From positions 131,936,001 to 132,000,000 of the forward strand of contig OZ024741.1 of assembly GCA_964016885.1 (NCBI GenBank): a DNA stretch of 64,000 nucleotides. Reading direction: 5' to 3'. This stretch comes from Eledone cirrhosa (lineage: Eukaryota). Of the stretch, positions 52,856 to 64,000 are shown one piece after another. The notes under the pieces are model-generated. The model saw only the letters and a list, made by a program, of their open reading frames with translations, made no database searches and was not told where the DNA came from. Positions within the stretch are counted from its first letter, which is position 1, and each line of letters starts with the position of its first letter. The position numbers were made by a program, and so were the translations under genes.

Positions 52856-55850
52856 TTCTACCCGTCAACCTCTCCTTAAATAATCTGCTAATCCGGTTCC
52901 TGTAATCCTCTTTTGCCGGTAAAGACAAATTAAGTTTCCAGTAACCGGGACCCTGTCTATGTATTCTCTCGAGGTTGACTACGCAGGTCACTAATTTGTG
53001 ATCTGTATAGCCAACCGTGAGCATTTCTGGACAGCTTAATATGTCCCTATCCTTACTTCTAACTAAGAATCTATCTAAGTACGATCTAGATTGACCACTA
53101 TGGTTCGTCCAAGTCCAGGTTGGCACAGTTGGAAAATCTAGTCGATATCTATCGACCAAGTTAAAACGGTCGAGTAACCCCTTGAGGCTGTTACACCCCC
53201 TCTATTAGGACATGCTCCTGCATAGTCCCAACGTGCATCTAGGATGTCATTCCAGTCCCCCGCTAGAAGCAGGGAACGCGACGTTCCTAGAAAAGTCTCC
53301 AGACGCTGGAAGAAGTCGGGTCGTTCAGCTCCGAAAGGGGAGTAGACGGCGATCAGTCTCAAGGCCGCACCTCCACTACTGCCAACGTCTAACACCAACA
53401 AACGACCTTCCGGGTCCGAGTGAACAACATGTACGGCGAGACCCAGGTGTTTTTCCAGCAGTACGACAACCCCACCCCCACCTCCAGGTTGACAGAGAGA
53501 TGCGTGCACCTCAAAGTCATCGAAGGTAGGGGCCAGCTGCCGCACGACGCTGATCCGAGTCTCACAGATAACCATTACATTTATACCACGTGACCTGAGG
53601 TCATTTAGAAGCTTGCTTGCTTCCAAGTTGAGCCCAGGCCACGTGCATTCAAACATACTACTATTAACACATCCATGTGGGCGGCAAAGCCAAAGGAGAG
53701 TGTAGAGACCTACCTTTCTGCTTCCCGGGGTTCGGGTCGCACGACTTCCATGGGGTCGGGGGTGTTGGGTGAAGGGGTGTCTTGTGGTGGTGTGGGGTCG
53801 TCAGTGTGTGGTGGGGTTGGGGTGTTTGGAGTTGTGGTGGGGAGGGGAAGGGGAGGGGGAAAGCTTTTTAGGAGGACGCGGTTTATGGGTTTGACAGAGG
53901 GTGGTCCTACGTCCTCCTTAAAATCCTTTTTTTAGTTTTTGGTAGAGGTTCATTGGGACCTTTATTAATTTTAATTGTGGGTTGTTTTCTGAAAAAACAA
54001 AGTTTACCCCTTCGGTTTGTACCGAAGGGTTATTGTTTATGAGTTCATTTAATTTATTATTGTTTCTGTTGATGTAAGTATAGTGTAATGTCTTTTTTTC
54101 GGATGGTGTGAGTGTTTCGAAGAGGGGAGGGGCAGGTTTGGTTTTGTTTGTTGCTGGAGGGGTGTTTTGTGTTTTGTTGGATTGTGTTGACATTTGGGTA
54201 GGGGCTGTTTGGCCTTGTGTGTTTTGCACATGTTTTCTTTTTTTCCTTTTAATCTGGCTGAAGGACTCCGTTTCTTCCTCCGAATTCGTTGGGTTATCTT
54301 CAGTGTTGGAGGGAAGAGGTATGTTTGCTGGTAGTGTTTCCGTGTTAGTTTTCTTTGTGAGGGAGATGGATGTCACTATGTTAGACCGTGTTGTGTGTTG
54401 TGGCTGCGGTGGTTGTGTTGTTTTATTGAGTGAGGGGTTGGGTTGGACTGCGTTTTGTTTTTGGATAATGTGTTGTGTCTGTTTGTGCTGTGGTGGTGGT
54501 GTAGTTTTACTGAGGGACGGGTTGGGTGGGACTGAGTTTTGTTGTTTGTTTATCTGTTGTGGTGGTGGTGGAGCTGGTGTCGGTTAGCAAGGTTTTCTTC
54601 TTGTTGAGTTGGGGACAAGCCGCCTTCAGGTGCCCTCTGCCTGCACAGATATGACAGGACGGCCTTCTCCCCTCCACGCTAATGTTTATATACCCGTGGC
54701 CTTCTAATAGGATTCTGTCGGGTATTTGGGCAATGCGTTCAGGCTTCATTTGCACTACAAGTTCTATACCTGTTCCACTGAACGCATTGCCTGTGGTTTT
54801 CCCAATGGAAATCACGTTGTCATTCGCTGGATCGATGAAGCCAGCTATGAGACAGCAGTAGTCCATATCTGGCATCATCGCATCCAGCCATTTGCGCTGA
54901 GTTCTTTTACCCATATAAGATGGATAAAAGGTAAAATTTGTCGAACGAATCGGCGACAAAGCATATTTTTTCGCCGCCGATTCGTTCTTCATAATAATGG
55001 CCAGGCTTCCATACAGCCTGTCTCTTCTTATGAAAGTGGCTTTATTAAATACTTCTCTAAGTACCGCTTTAATTTCTACTTGTGTTGGTTGTTGCGGCTT
55101 TTTTGAGATGTTGTTGATGGTGCGGAAAACGACCGTCCGACTTTCAATATCTTTGGTGAGTTCTTTGGGCATTTTTACCGACAAGGCTCCATTTTCCCCT
55201 TGAGTTATGAATTGTTTGGCGTTTTTTATTCTTTGTGCCACATCTGAAATATTTTCATGTATGTACGTTAAAGATCTTTTTGTTGTTTGTGCAAATGAGA
55301 TGTTATTGGGGTTGACTTTGTCGTCTGTTTTGCTTTCTGTTATGATGTTGTTGTTTTCAAATGTTATTTTTGTGTTTGTTGTTTCTTTGTTTGTGGTATT
55401 AATATTGTCATGCAATTCTTTCAATTTTTTTTTGTTGTTGGAATCAATCTCCAGATTTGTGTTTTCGTCGACATTTTTCTCCGCACATTCGTCTGTTTTT
55501 ATTTTACTTTTTCTTTCCTTCTCTATGACGTTAGTTGGGAAGGAAGGGGGGACTAAAGCGTGCGAGCTTACAACTCTTACCGCTGTCCCCCCACCACTAT
55601 TTTCGTTAGCTTCATTTCTCCCAGACGATTGAAATTTTATGCAACAAATTTTTTTAAAAACCGGTTTTTCACCCCTGGGAGGGGCGAAAATGAGCTGACC
55701 CACCTCCTGACAGTTCAGACGGGGGGTCAAGCTACACAATAGTATCAAAATTAAAATTAAACTTACAAAATTTCCGCAATAAATTGGAACAAAACTTCTG
55801 CGCAAAATGAATTACGTCTACGCTATCGAACAGACGACAGCTAGGTTATA
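52856..55850 (-). mobile_element. Divergent Tx1 subfamily D: 5' UTR, ORF1 and endonuclease domain, 3' part missing
   Basis: ORF 54507-55805 has CHICAGRGHLKAAC. EN motifs GDWN, YLDR, TDHK. The 5' end lies next to (GATA)n. Confidence 0.88.
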
Positions 55851-55854
55851 AATG

Positions 55855-55855
55855 T

Positions 55856-55921
<66 letters not shown>
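55855..55921. repeat. (GATA)n microsatellite
   Basis: Directly visible. A second tract lies at 56940-57013. Confidence 0.98.
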
Positions 55922-55922
<1 letters not shown>

Positions 55923-56948
55923 ACTAGTTAAACTGTGATTTCACTCTCCAGTTAATTACTTAGCAGTATGAGCGTTAATAATATGCATATTAGTACATCC
56001 ATTACAGGATACCAGTAAAACTGATAAGGTTTAAATATCCCTCGATTGCGTATTTCCTTGTGGTTTTTAGATGATATACATGTCTCTTGATAAAGGCTCA
56101 ACTATGTTTGAAAATCAGTTAAGATTATGTATAGTTTTTTCAAGTTACAGGGAAATGCGTATATTTAGCATGTTTACCCACTCAATGTGTAAATTTATCT
56201 ACACATTCACGCTGTCTCAGTTACATATTTTTTGTATGTACACATTTTAATCTGTGCAGGCTGTATCCTTTATATGTAAAATATTGTCATTTCAACTCAC
56301 GTTGAGCTGTCAATGATAGTATTACGTCACTCCCTCCTGCTTCAAAATGGCCTCCTTTCATTTTGTCAAGTTTTATTCCTCCATTTGCTGCCCCTGCCTG
56401 CACTCACTGTCACATTTTTACTTACGTATAGAAGGCGTGTGAGAGAGAGGATGGGGAGATTGTGAGAAAGCGAGCGATAAAATGATTGACTTGGAAAGAG
56501 GAAAAGAGATATCTGTAGTAATCACAATGCTGAATATAATTCAGAGTATTTTATTTCCCCAAAGAGACAAGCGTCATCGTGTGAAAGGAAAGAGAAATGG
56601 AGAAAAAAAGGGAAAAATAGGGTTACCTAAAAAGACAAAAACAAAGTAGGGACACAACATTTTTTTTAAATGGCAGACTTTCATTCTGAATTATCCACGC
56701 AAATTACATTTCTGTGGCAAGAAATTTCGCACAACCTCTAATTTAGCTGTCAAAGAAATCTGTGTAGAGTAAGAAATATATGGGAAAGTCAAAACTAATA
56801 TAATGTGTGTCTGTGTCTGTGTGTGTCTCTGTGTGTCTCTGTGTGTCTGTGTATGTCTGTGTATGTCTCTGTGTGTGTGTATGTCTGTTTGTATGTGTGT
56901 GTGTGTATGTGTGTTCATATATACATATAGATAAATAGTTAGATAAAC

Positions 56949-57014
<66 letters not shown>

Positions 57015-57667
57015 AAAATCGAAAGATAGAGAGAGCAATGAAAAGGTGAAAATCAAGTAACAATCAGTGAGAGGGAGAGCAAACAGAAAGGAGAGAGTGT
57101 GTTTGTGGAGAGAGGGAAGGGTTAGGGGCTAAAACCGGATGTGCAGTAGAGAGACACAACTGTGGAAAAGAGGGAAAGGAGGAGGTCATAAAAAGGGGGA
57201 GTGATTGTAGAAATAGGTAGAATAATGTGGAGAGAGAATGAGAGAGGTAGAGAGAGAGAAAGAGAGAAAGATAGAGAGCGATAGAGAGATAGAGAGAAAG
57301 AGAGAGAGGGGGGTGTATGGGCGGATTGTGGTAAGACAATCAGGAAGACAAAAAGAAGAGGTGAACCCTGAAGACAGTGAAAAATGGTGTGAGATGGAAA
57401 ATGTAGCAATTAGAGAGAAAGCAAGCTAGAGATTGAGACTGAAAAAAAGCGGTCAAGGGTTAGAAATAGAATGTGCAAACAGAGAGTGAAAAAGAAAGAG
57501 AGAAAGTACTGAATGGAGAAAGAAAGGGATAGAGAAGTATTCACAAGAATAAATTGAAATAATTGAGGTTGACACTGAGAGGGTATATAGGTAGGTGAAG
57601 TGAGTGAGCGTGAGAGAAATATATAGTTAGAAGAATGGAGAATGTATATATATATTATATATGTATG

Positions 57668-57713
<46 letters not shown>

Positions 57714-57744
57714 TGTGTGTGTATGTGCGTGTATCTGTGTGTGC

Positions 57745-57782
<38 letters not shown>

Positions 57783-59084
57783 TTGTATATATATATATAG
57801 TGGGGAGGGGAAAGTGTAAGAGCTGTGATTAGAGGGAGGGGGCGCAGCAAAATATATAGATAGAATGAAAAGAGAAATAGAGTAACAGGTGTATATAGAG
57901 GGAGAAGGGAGATAGAGTAAGAAGACTATATAGAGGGAGTAAAGAGAGAAAATGAAGCGGAGTATATAGGAGGAGAGGAGTGAGAGTAACAGGAATATAT
58001 AGAGGGGGTAGAGATAGAAAGAGTGAGTTAAGTAGAGGGAGGGGGGAAGTAAGAGTAGCAATTGTACTCTATTGTATTGTCTCCCATCATTTGCTACCAA
58101 CTTCCTTCTGCTAATCCTGTTCTGCTTGTCGTTGTGCTTGCTTACTCCAATCACTAGCTTCGATCATTTGCTAATTGTATCCTAGTAATTGCAGTGATCG
58201 CTCTGCAATTCATCGCAAACCCATAGCCGTTTGAATTAGTCAACGCAATTCGCCTTTTTTTCGTCGATCCTATCTTTCCCATTTTCTTTTCTTCTTTGTC
58301 TTTAACGAAGAAATATACTCCATAACATTTCATTTAGAATTTTTTTATTGGGCTGTTTGAAGAAGTGAATATATATCCAATTTTTATATTATCTATTTTG
58401 GCATTGCCTCGCTGTGTCTCGATACACGAAGTTACCCGCTATCCATTTGGAAATCTGCTTAGCTCATAATAGAATAAATGTTTCGTCAGAGTCTGGACTT
58501 TCAACAAATACATTTGAATAAGGAGGGATTTGGAGGAAATTGTTTGATTTTGTCAAATCACAACTGTCAAATGGCTGTCAAATCTTTTTTCTATTTCGTA
58601 AAATTGTCTACAACTGAATCAAATGGTAAACTCGTTTAAATTTCGAGAAATCTAAAAATATTTAGATTACAAAATTAGCAGCAACCTATTTTTGACAAAA
58701 GATCTGATATTGAGATTTAAAATTCAATCAACGCGATCCCTTAGTCGATTTGAATTTATTAAAACATCTAAAGTATGTGTCTCTGTTAGAACGGCGAACT
58801 AAAGGAGAATGGTTATGACTAGATCAAACATAACTGATTACGTATTAGGGCTGGGTAATGACCTGTGATTGGAAAGCTCGGGAGAGAAAATGGAAAATTT
58901 GATTTACACTTTCCAATGTCAATGACCGTGAAGAATTTTAAGGGTTTGTTTCGTTTTCGAATTGTTATTCATTCAGGTAGTTAGTAGTTTGAAGCCGAAG
59001 AATATATATTGAAAGTAAAATTATAAGTTATCGTTTGTAGACCATGAGAATGAGTCGCCAAAAAGAAAGTCTCGTCAGTGCAAG

Positions 59085-59189
59085 ACCCGTGAGGAGCAGG
59101 GGCTGTTCCAGTGCGTCTCCCTCGCCGTCATCTTGGGCAATATCTTCTCCATCCCCTTAGTCGGGAGCACAAGGCTAACTGACCCTTAA
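59085..59189 (+). mobile_element. Possible 3'-terminal relic of a CRE-like RLE LINE
   Basis: GC-rich island translating TREEQGLFQCVSLAVILGNIFSI, resembling the LFQRLSxAVxRGNA C-terminal motif as recalled, not searched. Confidence 0.45.
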
Positions 59190-59899
59190 GTTATATTTAT
59201 GGTGGTGTCACGTAGATTAGATTTACTTCCATAAGCCTGATTAGTAAGAAAGTGAAAACATTTAATAGTAACTCTCTTCCCCTCCCTCATTATATACATA
59301 ACTTATTCTCTTCCCTTCTTTTCAATATATGCAATTTACTGTCTTACTCCTCTCTCAATAAATGAAAACGTCTAATGTAATATTATTCTATCTTTAAATA
59401 ATGAACATTTACCAATGTGTTTATTATATGAGAACATTTTATCAAATGAGTGAATAAAACCTCCAAGAATGATTTATTACTTCAAAATATAGCACCCGCA
59501 TGAAGCAAGGAAGGGTATAAGCTAATTTCGGTTATTTAAATCTCAAATTTAAAAAACCGTTCTACACACAAAGGAAGCCAATCTGAAAAGGATCTAATAA
59601 TATGATGCAAAATTTCAAAGCTAATTACAAGACCTGATAACCCTCATACAATTAGAGAAACTCTTTTTCTACCAACTGTGTAAGAAATTTCTAATGTTAT
59701 GATGGATACCACTTAGTAACAGTTTAGATGAACGCTAGACTGAGACAATGAGAAAGAAGAGAGAGCGTAAGAGGGGCAAATATAGATGGAGCGGCGGATA
59801 GGGAAGCCAACAAAGGAGTATAACAACAGAAAGAAACCTTGCTGGCTTACACTATGCAACAATGTAACAATATTTCGTTTTCTTGGTGAAGTATTTAAA

Positions 59900-61470
59900 A
59901 GGCACGCTTTTTAACGCGGACATATAACATTCTCGGAATCGATAAACAGCCTACAGATACAAAACTTCCAAAAGGATGCCTCTCACAGAATCTGTGTTTA
60001 TGAAAGAAAGATCTTGGACAAATTTAAGCGAAAGAACGTTCAAAATAAGTATAAACGATACGTTTTAAAGCTGAAATATCAGCTACTTTTGACAGACGTA
60101 GAAAAGAAACATTGGGGGAATTATCTAGTGAAATCATGCAATTCTGTAAAGCTGGAAGAACGCAGGCGATTTGGAAAGGTATCGACAAGATCAATGGCTG
60201 GAAAATAAAACAAATCTCAATTTTAACGGCAGATATTGAACAGTTACTAAATGCTCCAACAACGACCAGGAATTTGCAGCCGATAAGCAATCTATCTAAT
60301 AACATCTCAAATAACCGCTCAACCAATGAAGAGGAAATAAAGGTATGTAAAACTGTTTGTTGAAAAGTTGCTCGACCAGACGAAACTCCATCCGGTGTTC
60401 TACGAATTTTTCCCTTTACCAATTATGGAATCCATAATCACTGGGGATAAGCTGCCAGAAAAGTAGAGAAAAGGCTATAATAGTATCATTCCATAGAAAG
60501 GAAACAGCAGTCTTCCAGAAAATCAAAGAAGATTATCACACGTTTTTAATCAAGTGCTACTCCCAAGACAAAGAACAAAAATGGAGGAATTAATTCTTAG
60601 TTTACAATATGGCCTCAGGCCAAATAGAAATACTTCTAAACAAATACTACCATTAAGAATATTTATCGTTGGCTGTCACTATGTCTCAAAATTCTGTTTT
60701 GTAGTCATTTTTGTGGGCGTTTTTACAGCATTTGATTGTATGAACAGAACAATAATTCAAAATATCCTAAATTTCTATGAAGTGTCAAATTCATTCATTA
60801 ACGCTATTATCCCCTTGTGCACTAATACTAATCTATGTATTCAAAGAAAAAGTAAGGAATTTGAGGCGTCTTCAAGTCTTCTCTATGAAGGCGCATTTTT
60901 ACTTTCCTTCCTAAGTTTTAAACATTAAGAAGATACACTGTCGGGAGAAGGTAATACAGTATATTTCCTACAGTAAAGCTTCTTCTATAATCGTTAATCC
61001 TTTGCCGCAGCTCAAAGACAACAGTCGAGATATGAAACTCCATTTGCTGAAGAAATGAGACTAAAAATCAATGAATTAAAATTCAAAGTCTGATAGCCAC
61101 CAGAACCCGAAAATGATATATGCTATCCCATAAGCTGAGCTTCCGATAGTCACAGACTGTTGTTATGAAGGTGACGTAGAGAAGAATTACTTTTACTCAA
61201 AGCGTCTCTAATTAGCAATAAATTGTTCAGCCAAAGATAGAATAGAAACGCGACTTTTCAAAATTTGTATTGAAACAGTTCTAGTGGTTATATCTGGACA
61301 ATAACAGAAACACGCACAGAAGGGATAAATACTGGACATTCATCTCTTTTACAAATCGCACTTGGAGTTCATAATCTACAATGAATAAATAATGAATAGT
61401 TAATTACAAAAGTGCAGACTTTCTCATCTGATAGTATTTTACAACGTCAATGATTAATTTTCTTTAGACA
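59900..61470 (+). mobile_element. Highly degenerate LINE RT relic (RTE-like), boundaries approximate
   Basis: QYGLRPNRNTSKQILPLR...IFVGVFTAFDCMNR matches decayed QxGFRxxRST and FVDFxxAFD motifs. Confidence 0.65.
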
Positions 61471-61477
61471 AGCTTTG

Positions 61478-61586
61478 AGATAACCAAATATACCATTTGT
61501 TATTTGACCTGATCTTAATATACCACTGGTTTTATTAGATGACCCAATATACCACTAGTTATATTAGATAACCAAATATACCCATG
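61478..61586 (+). repeat. Degenerate ~29-bp tandem repeat, 3-4 units
   Basis: Recurring agataaccaaatatacca. Confidence 0.65.
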
Positions 61587-61835
61587 GATACTATTTTGAA
61601 TCACAAACATCAAGCTGCAGAACCTTTTCTTGTCGGAGGGGGTGTGTGAAAGACATTTCACACGTTAATGATAATCTGGCCGATTTACTAAAGCTACTGT
61701 CTTTGATATGGATAGTGACCATTAGTAGAAACCTCATGACTAGTTTGGGGTGTGAAACATCTCTTACATTGTGGACGGCGCCGTATGAAATCAAACTGCT
61801 TTTTACACACAAATAAAACATTGAAAGTGATATAT

Positions 61836-62025
61836 AATTGTTTCTACTTTTGGCACAAGGCCAGCAATTATCTCAGTGTATTACTGGTACTTTATTTTAT
61901 CGATCCCGTAAGGATGAAAGGCAAAGTTAACCTCGGCGGGATTTGAACTCAGACCATAAAGGGCCGTAACTCTTTGCAGCAAAGCATGGCGTCAGACCCT
62001 CTACTGATACTGCCAATCCACCGCC
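61836..62025 (-). mobile_element. Full-length tRNA-derived SINE with 12-bp target-site duplication
   Basis: Reverse complement of the 5884 family. TSD aaagtgatatat at 61824-61835 and 62026-62037. Confidence 0.92.
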
Positions 62026-62129
62026 AAAGTGATATATTATTAATTTTAGTTAGATGATCCTACACTGATTGATCTAGAGCAGTATACTGTAATTATGGCG
62101 TTTGTGCTATACACGCACATTCTACAGGT

Positions 62130-62390
62130 ATCGAAATTCAGAGCAATTTTTGCTAATTCCATTATTGCACTCAACATTAGAGCATCAGATAAAATACTGG
62201 GGAATATTTGTTCTGACTCTTTACGTTCTGATTCGAATGTTACTAATGTCAACTTTGATTTCATCTTTTCGGAGTCAATAAAATAGAGTGCCAGTTAAAT
62301 ACTTCGGCCGATATAATCAACGTTTCTCTTTCCCCAAATTGTTGGTCGTCAACATGGTCTTTATGGATTGGAACCAATACATTATTAATC
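62130..62390 (+). mobile_element. Older, diverged related SINE
   Basis: gtcaactttgatttcatcttttcggagtcaataaaatagagtgccag resembles the SINE central segment. Confidence 0.55.
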
Positions 62391-62589
62391 ATGACAGAAC
62401 TGAAATTAAAAAAGGCTGAAAATTCTCTTTCATCCGGAATGAATACGATTTTTATTCGTGAGAAGAATCTACACTTTCTTGTGACCGTCATTAAAAAATT
62501 CATCCCAGAAACGATCGTAAAATGATGAATTTTTTAATATAAAGAACTTGTACTTTGTGTTTATTTCATTGTTTTTATTAATTTATATA

Positions 62590-63678
<1,089 letters not shown>

Positions 63679-63794
63679 GTGTGTGTGTGTTTCTGTGTGT
63701 GTGTGTGTAAAAGGTAAACAGAAATAACAACACAATCAGTACAGTATATGGAAGGAATATATTAGGTTAACGCTTGAGATAGCAGGAAGAGTGT

Positions 63795-63830
63795 CGTAAC
63801 GTTTCGGGCGCCAGTCCTTCATCAGAAGAA
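63795..63830 (-). ncRNA. Minimal hammerhead-like motif (left member of an inverted pair)
   Basis: tctt-CTGATGA-a-GGAC tggc GCCC-GAAA-CGTT. Confidence 0.6.
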
Positions 63831-63954
63831 AGAATGAGAAATTAGATAATGGTTGACAAAAACGCACGTGCGTTTTCTCAAAAGACATTTTTCCGTCCCT
63901 TCTCCTTCTTCTCACTCTCTAACTTTTAATTTTATCTTTTATTTCTAATTCAAA

Positions 63955-63990
63955 CATCTGATGAAGGACTAGCGTCCGTAACGTAAAGAT
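63955..63990 (+). ncRNA. Minimal hammerhead-like motif (right member of an inverted pair)
   Basis: CTGATGA-a-GGAC tagc GTCC-GTAA-CGTA-aaga. GAAA is mutated to GTAA. Confidence 0.55.
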
Positions 63991-64000
63991 TCTTTTCCTA

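Noticed and set aside
56075-56130. Possible further hammerhead relic (tcttgataaagg...gaaaatcagttaaga)
   Set aside because: The core deviates from CTGANGA and stem II is weak.
57060-58060. Purine-rich stretch with several ORFs
   Set aside because: It is degenerate (GA)n low-complexity sequence with no coding signal.

Overview
Eukaryotic, AT-rich, extremely microsatellite-dense DNA. It is most consistent with a cephalopod (octopus-like) genome, but that is an inference from repeat content. No convincing host gene is present; nearly all short ORFs in the track are microsatellite translations or antisense shadows. The core (about 18.1-55.9 kb) is a retrotransposon cluster. It holds a head-to-tail array of minus-strand Tx1/L1-clade LINEs (CCHC-knuckle ORF1 plus APE-RT ORF2) whose intact termini abut (AAT)n tracts, interleaved with plus-strand R4/Dong-type RLE LINEs in the same tracts. 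Older divergent Tx1 subfamilies and a Penelope relic follow. Flanks carry tRNA-derived SINEs, a non-autonomous Helitron, RTE- and CRE-like relics, and six hammerhead-ribozyme-like motifs in total across the window. Main candidates for novelty: (1) an (ATT)n-targeting Tx1 lineage sharing a target with Dong; (2) a 5' splice donor conserved on the ORF1 stop codon in four divergent Tx1 subfamilies, with an in-phase acceptor that would fuse ORF1 to ORF2; (3) ORF-less foldback elements carrying hammerheads; (4) a 3'-terminal motif shared by the SINE and the Tx1.
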